Assembly: GCF_006345805.1 (NCBI RefSeq)
Contig: NC_042998.1
Span: 111,290,001 to 111,354,000 of the forward strand
Reading direction: 5' to 3'
Source: Octopus sinensis
Taxonomy: Eukaryota
Length of the DNA: 64,000 nucleotides
In this document: one piece after another, positions 41,670 to 58,335 of the stretch
How the letters are laid out: every line of letters begins with the position of its first letter
How positions within the stretch are numbered: the first letter of the stretch is position 1
Notes under the pieces: model-generated
Told to the model about the DNA's origin: nothing
The model's input: the letters and a program-made list of their open reading frames with translations, nothing else
Databases searched by the model: none
Program-made: the position numbers and the translations under genes

Positions 41670-43010
41670 TGGCATAAGAGACATCAACTCAATAATCTCA
41701 GGTCACTAGATATAGCTGCAGTCACCATCAACGAGACCAGAGTTTCCGCTCTACATTATTGATGGATACAAGATCTACCTATCACCAAGTTAACCATGAT
41801 TGGGAGGTGCTACTGCTGTGTTGTTTCGGATGGGTCAAGATCTTACATTATAGATTATCTTCTTAGACAAAGAAGGTAATTTGGAGATCGTGGATATGAG
41901 CAATTCTGAAGGAGTGCCTTCACACTAGTAACTATCAATAGTCCTACAGGGTTGGGAGAGCTGAACTTGTTCAGGCGTTTGGCAGTTTTCCTAGGAACAA
42001 GTACTTTCGTACAAGTGATTGGGACACTTAGTAAAATGGAAAAAGAGAGGCACTTAGGAAAGGTATCAGAATTAATCGATGTGCTCGCGACCAGATTGAC
42101 CGCCTTCCAACCTTTCGACGCGAAGCGCAAAGATGCATCACTAAAGCATTTTCACTGTGAAATAATAGGTAAAAGCTGCACGAGGGACAAAATAGCAACA
42201 CATCCACTATTTGGTCTTTGATGGATCATAATTGGTACTTGTTACTCGACCCCGAGCTGCTACCCACGACTTTTGAGTAGCATTTCAATTGACTGCTCGG
42301 GACAAACAGCGGGACGGAATGCAGGATAGAATTTAGAGCTTGCTACAACGGCCTTCCGCAACGTTCGGCAAGAGAGGTGCAGTGTTCGAAAAGCCGATAA
42401 GATTCGAGGAAATATGGGAAGTGAGGCACAAACCTCCTGGTTATGCTATTCTCTCCTACGAATTCTTTTTTTTTTTTTCTGCCAGGACTATTTCGAAACC
42501 GCTTAATAGATATCTTCTGCAACTGACAGTAGAAAGGGAAAGTTCCTATCTCTGCGAGGAGCTGTGGCGTTGTTGAAAAGGGCCCAAATCAGGGCTAACA
42601 CATTGATAGTTTTTGGTCCATACATCAATTAAGTGCAAATTTCATGATTTTAGCTAAGAGGTTGGCGCTTATAATCGATTGTCTGATTGCTGATGCGCAA
42701 ACATTCACCACTGGATAGATCTATCTGCAATACCTTCCAATTCATGCGATACAACAAAGAGCAGATGAGTAAGGAACCTATTATGGATAGCTCTTTGATC
42801 AATCAAAAGCTTTCGGTTGGCTCAATAGTTGGAACTTTGCGGCTGTTGCCACAGTGGCCGGTATTCCGTATTTGGATTGTCGCAATGTACTGCGACAACT
42901 CCTCCATAGTTAGGGTGAATGGCAATTTATTCGAACTACTTAGCATTTTGTGTCTGCTCTCATTTCTTCTGTATGTACTGACGCTCGAGCGGAAACTCAG
43001 AATTATATAC
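41670..43010 (+). mobile_element. Decayed L1/Tx1-clade LINE (APE + RT remnants)
   Basis: AVTINETR, GGATAVLFR, KPPGYAILSYEF (KSPG.DG.PYEF-like), FRIWIVAMY..SSIVRVNG, LSFLLYVLTLE. Confidence 0.7.
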
Positions 43011-44654
43011 CGTTTTCTGTAACGGGATGTATTAGGTATTTGAATTTGTCTCTGCGTGGATTGAAATTTTGACTCTCAAGAAGTAGAGCCTACGTAGTGC
43101 AAAATACATTGAGATTGTGGGCAATGAGCGAAATATAATCATCAAACCACAGAATATGTTGAATTTAGTTACTATTAGATAATATTATAAACTAATATAT
43201 AAAATAGTATTGATATTGATGCGAAAGACACTTAAGTAAACATTCGCAATGATTCACAGGTTTATTTGGTAATATATGGCTGATGTTTATAAAGTATGTA
43301 ACAAAATACATAAATATACATGTCAAAATCTGTAAGCATGCTTCACTAAGTATATAAGTATAATAGGAATTTAATTCTGAAGCATAAATCAGTAGGAATA
43401 TATATTTAGTTCCTGCAGTTATTTAATACTGTAACAGTAACTATCCGAAGCAGACAAATATGTTAATTGTAAGCAACAGCATTGGCTGAGTGAATACCGA
43501 TTATTTTATTAATTGATAGTCTGGAAGTAATGCAAACAACTTTATGGTAGATTTGAACTCAAAACGACAAGACTACACGAATGAAAAAGCAATATTCCAG
43601 CTCTTAGCACTTTCTAGTAACCTCACCCACCAAATTTCTTTTTAAATAAAGCTATTAATACTTAACTAAATGATGCATGCAAATAATATAATTTATCGTC
43701 TTTTAATGTAAATGGAAGAGTTATAAATTTCATGAGACAAATGGTTACCTAAGTCACGAAGTGCTTCAGTTTTTCCGTTTATTAGCCACGGACTTAATCA
43801 TAATATAAAAATTCACCGTACTGTAACATCAAATAAACAAAAAACAAAGAAACACAAAGAAACTATTCACTGATGTCATTCTACCAATCCCAAACTTCTC
43901 CTAATAAGCCAATCATAATTAAAACAATAACAGTCAATCAAAATCATAATAATAACCAATTATGATAGCCTATTAATACTAATATCAAAGTGAAAGTTTT
44001 ATATTGATCTGCGTGGTAAGATTACTAAATGAAAGATTCGGTTATATGCAGCACAGTGAGGGACATCAGACTGAAGAGTCTAAAACTTCACAAATATATT
44101 GACAAAATGATTTGAGTATAGAAATGCGCGCTAATTAAGTTGATTTCTGTTCGAAGTTAGGCATGACTTAGCCGATCTTTCTTAAAATGCATTTTTTCCG
44201 ACGTAACCATCCCGTCTAGTTAGAGGTATCTGTGACCTCAATATTCAATGCATGTCTTTCTTATTTAAGAGAGTAGGTTGTGTGTATTTTGGGGAGGATT
44301 TAACTCTTATTTCTAGCTGGTCAAAGTAAGCGGGGCATCAAGACTCTTAGTTGACTCGCACAAATCTTGAAATTATACCAAGAACACAATCTCCTCATGG
44401 AACATATTTACAGGTTAGTGAGCTGAGGTAGTATCAGTCTAAATGTTTTGTCATAGTGAGTGAGAGAAAATGCAACTGATCAAAAAATGTTGAAAAAGAG
44501 GGAAAGACAGTTTTGACGAATTATAAATTGACTGAATCCATAACAACCCAATGCAGCAGGATGTATGTGCTCACTCAACCGGCTAGAAATAACACCCGAA
44601 ACTCCATTAAGTTACAGATTATCATTGTCTTCAAAACTAAAGGATAATATTATT

Positions 44655-45061
44655 TTCTATTCTAGTCACAAGGCCCGAAATTTTGGGGGAGGGGGCCAGT
44701 CGATTACATCGATCCCAGTATGCAAGTGGTACTTAATTTATCGACACCGAAAGGATGAAAAGCAAGGTCGACCTCAGCGGAATTTGAACTCAGAACATAA
44801 AGACAGACGAAATACTGCTAACGTTTCTTATTTCTTTACTGCCCACAAGGGGCTACACACAGAGAGGACAAACAAGGACAGACAAACGGATTTAGTCGAT
44901 TATATTTACCTCAGTGTGTAACTGGTACTTATTTAATCGACCTCGAAACGATGAAAGGCAAAGTACTCCTCGGCGGAATTTGAATTCAGAACGTAACGGT
45001 AGACGAAATACCGCTAAGCATTTCGCCCGGCGTGCTAACGATTCTACCAACTCGCCGCCTT
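44655..45061 (-). mobile_element. Meta-like SINE dimer (head plus two tandem bodies)
   Basis: Reverse complement of the 62080 family. Body motif ggaatttgaa(c/t)tcagaac occurs twice. Confidence 0.85.
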
Positions 45062-45849
45062 ACGAAACGATGATATTGTCTTAGATGCACAATGACCAAG
45101 TATTATATGATAAGATCAACGATGCAACATCTGACCTTAAGCCTACTCAATCAGCATTGAAACGGATTTAAAAACAGGAGAACAACCACTAAATGTTGAG
45201 TAGATTAAATCTGGAATATCAAGTCACTTGCCATGAGAACTACGATGTTATAAAATTAGTAAAAGTACTTCAAAAATGAATGTCAAAATGCATACGTTAG
45301 TGTTAATAATAGGAGTTGATTAACACGAAATAATAGGCATCATTAACACGAAACATGTTCATACTGTTATGAATCTTAGCTGTAGTTTGAGATGAGATAA
45401 ATTTGATAGATACACATTTAAGATATACATTTAAGATATACGCAGTTAGGGAAGGAGCGTGAGAGAGAGTAATACAAACATAGATATATATGTATGCATG
45501 CATGGGTGTGTGTGTGTATTTCTGCCTGTATGAGTAACTCAGAAGTTTTAACCATCAGTTTTCAGTTGTTTAAATGAAAAAAAAACAAGACTATTTCCTT
45601 AGAGTCTAGGTGGCTGAATATTCCGCAGAAACATATACTCTTAACGTTATTCTCAAAAAGAAAAAGTATAACGCATTGTGAAAGGCTGGACTTTTTCATT
45701 GCAGATGCAATCGGACAGGCTTCAATGGGCAAAAAAGACACTTGTCAAGATACTAGAATGTGCAGCGAACCCTGGATCTTACGATTTAGAAGCGAATGTC
45801 TTAACCATATAGCCATGCTGTCTCCAAATAGACATACACATGCATAAAT

Positions 45850-46797
<948 letters not shown>

Positions 46798-47312
46798 ATA
46801 TCGGAATACGAGTGGACGTCTTCAGATACAGGTCTGTGGAAAAGTCAGATTACAGTGTTTATACAGAGCGAAAAAAATTTTCTTTTTTTCTTTTTTGTGT
46901 GCTCGTGTTTCGGGGAGAATGGGTTGTTTTGTTTTGTCTTGTTTTGTTTTGGGGATTTTTGCTTTTTTCTTTGGCTACTTTTTTCTGTATAGTACCATGT
47001 AGATTCTATATTGTAGAACATTTGTGTATTTATATTTGTTACTTTTTTGTAAGGAGAAAAATAAGGTTTATATTTGAATATTGTTATTTCAGTTTATAAA
47101 TATTCACTTATTTGAGTGTAGTACTTCTTTTTCTTTCTCTAGCGAATAAGCCCCAACCCAGAATTTTGAACGTTTTCGAGAATTTGTAAACAATAATAAG
47201 AGACAAAAAAAAAATTAACATTGCTCAAAACGGTAGAAATGGCAGTTTCTTGTAAACCACACAATACCGGAAACGGTAACAAATGTAATAAACCGTTTGA
47301 TAATGTTAGCCA

Positions 47313-47374
<62 letters not shown>

Positions 47375-47397
47375 ATTATTATTATTATTATAATAAG

Positions 47398-48525
47398 AAG
47401 AAGAGCGCCAGCCTTGACAGCGGCTGGACGTGTTCCTCACTGCTCTGACAGTTCGGTGGCTGAAAGCCAAAGAAACACTAATATGGGCCAGTTTAGCAAC
47501 GGGGAAATTTACATATCGGCAGATTTCAAACATACATCCGATCGGCTTTAAAAACTTTAATACCCACAACTGCCTCTGTAAGCACCCTTTTTTTTTTCTT
47601 CTCTCTAAAAACATCACGCTTTTCTTTTTGTGGACTTGCAAAACCCTAAAACTTTCTATGAAAATCTGACTTTTCGTTGCTTCCTCCCAGAATATTCAAA
47701 TATAAATGTAAACATATACTCTTTATTGCAAAACACACCTGTTCTTCTAACTGGACATACAAACATCTCTAGAGGGGTCAACTTCAACCTCCACAATATT
47801 ACCTTGCACGAAATATACAAACACTTTTTATTGCAATAACACAAACGCACATGAAAAAAATAATGATGCTAAGATTCTCTCTGGTCGAACACAGTTTCTC
47901 TATTCACAAATAATACAGAACAGCCCTTCAAAATAAGTTAAGAAAATTTACAAATTTACATATCTACAGTTTTCAATCATACATTCGACCAGCTTTAAAA
48001 ACTTTGATACCCACAATTGCCTCTGTAAACATCCTTTTTTTTTCTTCTCTCTAAAAACATCACGCTTTTCTTTTTTTCTTTTTGTGGACTTACAAAACCC
48101 TAAAACTTTCTATGAAAATCTGACTTTTCTTTGCTTCCTCCCTGAATATTCAAATATAAATGTAAACATATACTTTTTATTGTAAAAACACACCTGTTCT
48201 TCTAACTGGACATACAAACATCTCTAGAAAAGTCAACTTCAACCTCCACAATATTACCTTACAGGAAATATACAAACACATTTTATTGCAATAACACAAA
48301 CGCACGTGGAAAAAAAAAAATGATGATGTTACGATTCTCTCTGGTCGAACACAACTTCTCTATTCACAAACAATACAGAACAGCCCTTCCTTAATTTTTC
48401 TTAAGCCTAATAGTAGTAAACATCTGAACTTTTTTTTTGACCGATTGGACCGCACCTAAAGGAAAAAAAAAAGAAAAAAAAAAGACAGTCAGCCAGCCAA
48501 CGAGACAGACAGACACTATTGTTAT
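47398..48525 (-). mobile_element. Non-coding element with ~450-bp central tandem duplication (47505-47929 / 47952-48389), possibly Helentron/DINE-1-like
   Basis: The duplication is directly visible. Terminal hairpin CCAGCC-ttgacagc-GGCTGG (47408-47428) at one end and short (GTCT)n on - at the other. Classification is inferred. Confidence 0.45.
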
Positions 48526-48694
48526 GGTGATAATGATAAAAAAACAAAAATAACAATAATAAGATACTGCTGTGACTACACATAAAACAATATCATTGAT
48601 GATGATGGTGGTGATGGTGATGATGATAATGATGATGGTAATGGTGGTGATAATGATGATAGTGATGGTAATGGTGATGATAATAACAATAATA

Positions 48695-51600
48695 AGCCGA
48701 CTACGGCTGCTATAATGGTACGATTATAATTGTAACGGCAATGATGGCCGTCTCCCCACGAGCCAATCAAAGCTAAAAAATGATAACATTATCGTAGCAC
48801 CAAAATGTTTTTGGAAACTAAAAGGAAAACTAAATCAGTATACCAAATCGCTTGTCCTATGGTTAATCTGGAAGCGCGTCCCCCAGGGAAGAGCCAGCCT
48901 GGGATCGAAAAGTCATCAACTGGCACAAACTCTTCTCCGAATACGGACATGGATGGTCACTTGAACGGGAAATCCACCAACTCGAGCCCTCCAAGTTCAC
49001 CACCACAACCACCACAGAAAGAAAAATGTAAGCGAAACAAATGGACCCGAGAAGAGTATAAAGAAGTAATATACGCTTATTACTATGCATTAGGTAGGCC
49101 ATCTCAAGAGAGACACACCGCAAACTCTTACAGTATATGGAGAACACGGAATCAAGACAGTAGGCCCTATTTGGACGAGAACAAATTAGCAAATGTGAGG
49201 AGGGATATCTTTAGAAATAACAGACTCACAGACAGTGAAATAAGCGCGATCAAGCACGCAACGGAAAATGACATAAATATAAGACACAAAGGAAATGAAG
49301 AATCAGATGAACAGTATAGCCCGCCACGAGGCTTAATTGAAAGACTGCCATCTGACCAAAGTACGCAAAGGCCTGAAGATACAAGAAATTCTATTGTACC
49401 TGTTAAAGATAGCCAGGAAAACGAAAAAACAACAGTAACTGAAGATCTCGCATTTGCTGAAGAACACAGAGAGTCTATGGCAGAAATGAGGCAGAAAATC
49501 CTGAATACGCTTGAAGTTGTAAGACATACAAGTATGAATGATAGAGAACCGCTTCATAAACTCTCAAATACAAACCAAAATAAAAAACAAATCCAAATTG
49601 GCAACTATGTAACAAATGAAATAATACGAGAAAAAACCTGATTTTACTGAGTTAAATGAAATTATTTACGCTTTGCTGCTAGGGTAATTGAAACCAGCTG
49701 TATGCCCCCGAAAAAACAAAGAAAACAAAACCTGGGAAGAAATCAAACTGGAGAAGTAAAATTGAAAAAGAGATCGAATTTATGAGAGGGGAAATATCAA
49801 TATTAAATGAACTAATATGTGGAAATGATGTAAGATCCAGAACAGGAAGAAAGATGAAGAGAAAATTTGGATCTTCACCAAGAGAAGAACTGATATCAAT
49901 AAAAGAAACGCTGAAACAAAAAGTCCAAGCAAAAGCCCAAAGAATACGAAGATTTGAGAAGAGAAACAAGTTTTACAAGCAAAATAAGCTGTTCACATCC
50001 AATGCCAAAAAATTCTACAGAGAAATAGGGAAGGAGAAAGTAACCGTTAAAGACCCCCCTCCCATGGAAGAAGTTCAAAACTTTTGGAAAAGGATTTGGA
50101 GTGACAAGAAGACGTACAACATAAATGCAGACTGGATTATACAAACTGAAGGATCCTACCAAAATTTACAACAACAAGCATGGGAAGACATCACAATAGC
50201 AGACCTAAGAAAGGCACTCACGAAGGCCATAATTGGAAATCCCCCGGTAAAGATAGGGTGCCGAATTTCTGGCTCGCATCGCTCCCGTGCGCACACGGTA
50301 AGCTAGTTCAGCTGCTCAATGGAATTATGAGAGACCCAAAGAAAACACCTGAATGGTTAGCAAGTGGCATTACTTACCTACTCCCAAAGAATAACGAAAC
50401 CAACCTTCCAAAAAACTATCGGCCTATAACCTGTCTATCCACCACATATAAAATCCTAACATCTATCCTGGCGGAGAAAACATGCATTCATGGAGAAGAA
50501 CGATATTTTCCCCATTGAACAAAAAGGGTGCCGCCGAGGCTCTTACGGATGCAAAGATCAACTGCTAATCAATCGTATGATCCTTGAGAACTGTCACAAC
50601 AAGCGCAGAAATCTCAGCACCGCATGGATTGACTATAAAAAGGCCTTCGACAGTATACCGCATCCATGGATCTTGAGATCGCTGGACATCTTCAAAATTT
50701 CCCCTGTGATTTCAAACTTCCTGAAGCACAATATGTCGTTGTGGAATACGAATCTCCAATTATACCATTCTAATGGAGTACTTGCCTCAGAAAATATAAA
50801 CATCAACTGTGGAATTTTTCGAGGTGACTCACTTTCACCTTTAATATTCTGCATAGCCCTAATACCCCTTACAAGTGAATTAAACAGAACAGGGTATGGG
50901 TATAAAATTGCCAATAAAAAAATAAGCCATCTATTTTATATGGATGACTTAAAACTTTATGGTAAAGACAATAATGAACTTGAAGGCCTATTGCGCACCG
51001 TGAAAGCATTCAGCGATGACATCGGAATGGAGTTTGGACTTGAGAAGTGTGCCAAGGCCACTTTCCAGAAAGGGAAAGTGAAGACCACAAATTCAGTCGT
51101 GTGTTAGATGTTGACACAGTCATAAGAGAGCTTGAGCAAGAACAAACATACAAATATTTAGGGATAAATGAAGGCTCTGGTATTCAGCATGCAAGCATGA
51201 AAGAGAAAATCAGGAAGGAATGTTATAGGAGAGTTCGTGCAGTCCTGAAATCTGAACTAAATGCACGTAACAAGGTGTTAGCTATAAATTCCTTAGCAGT
51301 TCCAGTTGTTACTTATAGCTACAATGTGTTGAACTGGAATATGAGTGAAGTAAAGAATATAGATAGAAAAATACGCAAGCTGCTGAGTTGTAATAGGATG
51401 CACCACCCAAAGGCAGACGTAGATCGCCTTTACCTTCCCAGAGCCCAAGGAGGTCGAGGCCTGATCCAATTTGAACTAGCTTACAAAACAACCACAATTG
51501 GACTGGCCAAATATCTCGAAATATCGAATGACTGGATGCTAAAGCTCGTGGAAAATCACGAGAGACGAAAGAAGCTTCATTCTATCATCAAGGAAAGCAA

Positions 51601-52667
51601 AAAATTTGTTATTGATCTCGTGCAGGATACCCAAACTGAACAACCCGAGGGAAGTACGGCAACTATTGTTGCAAAGAAGGTGAAAATGATGGCAATGAAA
51701 AAAGCGCACGAGCAATTGGCTGATAGGTGGGAGGAGAAACCTCTGCACGGCAAATATGTGACCCGCAGCAAACAAGCTGATGTTGACCAGAAGCAAACCC
51801 ATCAGTGGCTGCGGAGCTCAGGGCTAAAAGCAGAGAGCGAAGGTTTCATCCTGGCTGCTCAAGACCAAAGCCTATTAACCCGGAACTACCAGGCCAATGT
51901 GATGAAAAATGGAGCAGACCCAAAATGCCGATTCTGCAACGACATGATTGAAACAGTGGACCACCTAATCTCTGGATGTAAAGTCTTAGCACCAGTGGAG
52001 TATAAATTAAGACATGACAGAGTTGGCCAATATCTCCACTGGCTAATAAGTCGGCATTACAATATCAAAACTGCCGACAAGTGGTATAATCACCACCCTG
52101 AGGCTGTAACTGAAGGAGAAAATGTAACCATTCTGTGGGACTTTCCAGTACATACAGACCGAACCATCAAGGCCAATAAACCAGATATTGTTGTGAAAGA
52201 CCAAAACAATAAAGTTTGCTTATTGATCGACATGAGCATCCCCTGTGATCATAATATCTCAGCGAAAGAGTTTGACAAGCTCAGAAAATATAAAGACCTA
52301 CTCATTGAAAATGAGAAAATGTGGCATCTCAAGGCGGTTACAATACCAGTGATCGTAGGAGCACTAGGAATGATCAAGAAGGGAACCGAAAATTATATGA
52401 GAATGATCCCTGGCTTACCATCCCTGCAAGAAGTGCAAAAGATTGTCTTAACTGGTACATCACACGTATTGAGAAGAGCATTGTCGATGTGAGAACTGTT
52501 GCTGCTCATGTATTTTAATTTAACTAAAAAAAAAAAGAAAAAAAAAATGAACGAACTACTGAGTTTGGTTTAATGGCCTACCAATATATACTATGAGTTT
52601 CTTTGCCCTAGGAGTCGGGAAGACACTCGGCAAGAAATGGAAGAAAATTTGAAAGAAGAAAAAAAAA

Positions 52668-52725
<58 letters not shown>

Positions 52726-52727
52726 TG

Positions 52728-52799
<72 letters not shown>
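48695..52799 (+). mobile_element. Near full-length R4/Dong-type RLE non-LTR retrotransposon with (TAA)n tail
   Basis: Single ancestral ORF, 3' UTR 52493-52668, (TAA)n 52669-52799, (GAT/AAT)n upstream. The 5' end is approximate. Confidence 0.92.
48805..52492 (+). pseudogene. R4/Dong polyprotein (Myb-like N-terminus, RT, CCHC, restriction-like endonuclease) broken by a few frameshifts
   Basis: KWTREEYKEVIYAYY; KSPGKD; NYRPITCL; WIDYKKAFDS; GIFRGDSLSPL; HLFYMDDLKLY; CRFC..ETVDHLISGC; RHD; KPDIVV...LIDMSIP; K..KY; IPVIVGALG. Confidence 0.95.
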
Positions 52800-52800
<1 letters not shown>

Positions 52801-52809
52801 AATTTCATT

Positions 52810-54186
<1,377 letters not shown>

Positions 54187-54199
54187 TTTTCGAGCTAAC

Positions 54200-56100
54200 A
54201 CAGGCAGAGTGAACCATTCATAAGTTTAAAAACACCACAAAAAACTATACCCGGAGATAAACCTATCAACAGCAACAAAAATACAGACGAGTACAGATCT
54301 GTTAGTCTTAAGAAGCTATGGTACGAGCAATGTTTACATGCAGAGATCTCCTTGACGGTGTTGCCTAAAAAAATTGACCCTAAACAGACAAATCCGTCCC
54401 CTAATGTCAACGTCGAAACACGTCATGCCTCAATGATAACAAAGCAAATTACAAACCAGATTAGTCGTCAACCGGATCACAAAGGGCCACGTACTCGATA
54501 TAGATCTGTTAACCTTAAGAAGCTACGTTACGAGCAATGTTTACATGCGGAGAACTTGGAGACTGTGCTGTCTTCTCAAAAAGTTAACCCTAAACAGACA
54601 GATCCGTCCCCTAATGTCAACGTCGAAGCTCGTCATGCCCCACTGTTAACAAAGCAAGTACAAACCGAAATGGTCAACGACGGATTACAAAAGGCCACGT
54701 ACTCGAATGAGGAACCAGATTCGAAGCAAGAAATCAGCTGCTGGTTCAAATTTTCCCGACACACAGGAGCTGGAAGTACCCCACAACCGGAATATTCCAA
54801 CAAATGGCCTTCTATGCTCGTCATCAAACAACCAAAGGAAAAAGAATGAAAAATGGTCTAGGGAAGATAATAAAGAAGTCCTTACGGCCTTGTACCATGC
54901 TATATATTTCCCCACAAATAAATCTAATACTGTACAAAACCTACTTAAACTGGTGACAGAAACACTTTGAAGTAAGACCCTACATAGACAGTAACAAACT
55001 TTCCAACGTCAGAAGAAGCATTGTGAAAAAGATTACTAACTAAAATAGAGATTGACCAAATTAAACAAGAGGTAAGGGATAAAAAGAACAAAGCTGCAGC
55101 TAAAGATACTACAAAGGAAATAATTATAGATCAGCCCAGGGCAGATGAAAATCAAATAGATGAAGAAAGTCACACAGAAATTGACCCAACAGAACTACAT
55201 GATCTAAAAAAATCAAATCATGATCGAATGGCTGAAAATTAAAGAAACAAGTATGAATGAACGCGATACTCTCCCAAAAATTTGCAATTCTAACCAAAAC
55301 CTGAAAATAAAATCTGGTAAAACCTGCCTTGCACTTAAGGATATAATTTCAGCTAATGATGTTAATATTACAGATCTCAACCACCTGTACTCTGCATCCG
55401 CGAAAATCTCAGCAATTCTATGAGATGAAAAGATTAGAAAACGACATTTCCCAAAAAAACCTTCTTGGCAAGAGCGCATTCAACACCAAATTAAGCTACT
55501 TAGGTCTGACATAGAATGTTTGAAAAAACTTAAGCTTAACAAGACTATCAAACCTACAAAAACCCGAAAATTAAAGAAACAATATAATATGAAATCCGTA
55601 TTTGACATTGATACCACCATAGAAACCATCAAGCAAAAGGTATGAGCTAAAGCTGCCCGCATAGCAATGTACGAAAAGCGCGTTAGATTCTTCAAGCACA
55701 ACATGTTTAAAAAGCTACCTTTATCAAAGGAAAATTGACAGAAACATCTAACGTTAACCTTGACCAGCAGAATGTCATAAAAGAGTTAGAACCAACGGAG
55801 AGCTACAAATACCTAGGGGTAATTGAAGGGGACGGAATCAAACATGCACTGATGAGGGAAAGGATCAGAAGAGAATGTTATCGCAGGATGAGAGAAATAT
55901 TGAAGACAGAGCTGAATGCAAGAAACAGGATCGAAGCAATCAATGCTTTAGCCATACCAGTTGTGACTTACAGTTTCAGTACATTAACTGGTCAATTACT
56001 GAAATATGTAATTTTGAGAGAAAAATACGAAAACTGTGGACAATGCATAGAATGCACCACCCTAAGGCAGATATAGAACGACTTTATCTGACAAGAATAC
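54200..56100 (+). mobile_element. Third Dong-like element with the RT core deleted
   Basis: KWSREDNKEVLTALYHA N-terminus. YEKRVRFFKHNMF is joined directly to KATFIKGK...YKYLGV near 55710. 5' ~207-bp tandem duplication at 54293-54660. Confidence 0.8.
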
Positions 56101-56139
56101 CGTCCCTAGCAAGACTTTATCTGGCAAGGTACAGTCCCT

Positions 56140-57436
56140 AGCAAGGATAGAATTACCTGATAGAGAACCGATTAAACAAATTGAAAAGGAAGGCTACAAA
56201 TAACTTGGCATTCTAGAGTTCTAGGAAATCATGGAGAAAGAAATGAAAGAACAACTGAGGATGAAATATTTTCGAAGACTAAGATTGGTGTTGCGCTCAA
56301 AACTGACTGGATAGAATAAAATCCAAGCAGTTAATACATGGGTGATAACATCAATTCGGTATGGGGCTGGAGTCAAGAAATATTGACAGTGCACAGAGTC
56401 TTCCACTCTAAGAGTGACACCGGTAGGCAGCACTTGTCCAGAACAAAAGGTGAGAAAGTTTTGATCAGTTGTTAGGATTGTATCGAATCAGAGAAAAATA
56501 GCTTAGGGTGATATGTGAAAAATACCGTGGAACCATTGTTGAAACACGTGAAAAGTCCGGCGTCATTAAAACTGATAATTATGTAAAGAAAGAAAAACTT
56601 AAATAGGAAAAGAACACAAACGGCATGGAAGGAGAAAAAAATGTACGGTCAGTGAGATGAGCAGACGTGGTAATAACAGTAATTGGCGCACTTGGAAGTA
56701 TCAGCACTCAACTACCAACATGATTCAAAAATATTGGCACAAATGTAAAGATAGAACACCTACAAAAATCAGCATTGCTTGGAACTGCAGGAATTCTTGA
56801 AGCATAATCAGTAAACAAGTGTCACCTTAGTCTGCTGGCTGTGGACAGCCGACACTTTCCATTATACCCAGCAAAATAAGCTGAGAGTTTTCATCCAATA
56901 ATAATGATAATAATTACTTGCCTACCATTTCTCTGGAAGCTATTAACTGGCATTATAGCAGATGATAAAATTTTCTGGCAAAGGAGAGTCTATTTCCAAA
57001 GGAACAAAAAGAATATAGGAAGAAATGAAGGAGAACTGCTGATTTGTTACATACAGATAGTGAAATATTAAATTAGGTACGAGTAAGGAAGAAGAATTTA
57101 GCTTTTGGATGGATAGATTACAGGAAGGCTTGCAACAATGTCCCACACAGCTACCTCTCGGAGTGTCTAAGAACGCTAGGAGTCAGTGAGAAGATAAACA
57201 ACTTTTTGAAGAAAGCAATGAGAGTGTGAGAAGTGGCACTGACATATGCAAATGAATCGCGAAGCAACGTGAAAATATATAAGAGCATTTTCCAAGGAGA
57301 TTCGCTCTCTCAATTACCGTTCGTCATTGCATTAATCCCTCTGACAAATAAACTGAGAAAATCCAGGTGTGCCTTTGAGTTTACGAAGTCCAGGATAAGA
57401 ATAAATCAAATTATTTTTATTTGGATGACCTCATCC
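56140..57436 (+). mobile_element. Further decayed Dong-like fragments (thumb, C-terminus, RT core)
   Basis: YFRRLRLVLRSKLTG*NKIQAVNTW; IEHLQKSALLGTA; IFQGDSLSQLPFVIALIPL, ending at ggatgac (DD motif) where the Gypsy LTR starts. Confidence 0.75.
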
Positions 57437-57689
57437 TGTTGTAAAGTGGGTTCCTGCCATTGGTGTGACGTGTGACTACTGTTGTACAGTAGTTACCAGT
57501 TATCGGGTACCGTTGTATTTTTTAGAACCGGAATAGTAACACACTAACTTCTTTTGTTTTACTATCGCTGATAGCTCTACAAGACACCGATTAGAGCTGT
57601 CGACTCTCAGCTCTCCGACTCTCGACCCTCACTTCGACTCTCGACCAGCTACTAATCTATTTACCGGTATACAATTTCACTATACAACA
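57437..57689 (-). repeat. 3' LTR of the Gypsy element
   Basis: Inverted termini TGTTGTAAAGTG...CACTATACAACA. Purine tract AAAAGAGA on - immediately upstream. Confidence 0.85.
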
Positions 57690-58133
57690 TCTCTTTTAAT
57701 TATTTTAATAATCAATCAGTTTCTCTTATTTACCCTACTTCCTCATTTTTATATATACATATATACTCAATATCATTTCTTCTTAGAGTCTACTTGTACG
57801 TGTGGATTCGACTTCTTGTAACAGTGTTGGAACCTGAAAAGAGTCATAGAGTCACTCCATCAGTATTTCTACTCTTGTTGGTTCCTTTACTCTTGTTGGT
57901 TCCTTTTCTATGACTCTTACCTTGAGATGATTTCTATATCTCCTTTTCATTCCATTTCTGCTTCTCACACCATACATCATTCTTCCTATGTATGTTAAAA
58001 TTTCTCTTTCTTTGATTGCTTGCCATTTTTGTACACTCTTACCTATACCTTATCACTTATTATAAAGAATTTCGGCATGTCTGGCACGTGTCTGGCATAC
58101 TGGCACGTGTTTTTCTTTTCACTGGTAACAGTT

Positions 58134-58335
58134 TATCGAATACTGACTTCACCTTTCTGGCAAACATTAATTGTGCTGGCGAACTACCTTCTGGTGCGTT
58201 TGGGTTCGGAGTTACCCTATATACCTTTAATCTAACAATTAAAGGTATATAGGGTAACTCCGAACCCAAACGCACCAGAAGGTAGTTCGCCAGCACAATT
58301 AATGTTTGCCAGAAAGGTGAAGTCAGTATTCGATA
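58134..58335. repeat. Perfect 98-bp-arm hairpin inside the integrase (loop CTAACA 58232-58237)
   Basis: Arms 58134-58231 and 58238-58335 read as exact reverse complements. Confidence 0.92.

Noticed and set aside
48690-48805. HDV-like ribozyme at the 5' end of the R4/Dong element
   Set aside because: I could not build the nested double pseudoknot by eye. A motif search would be needed.
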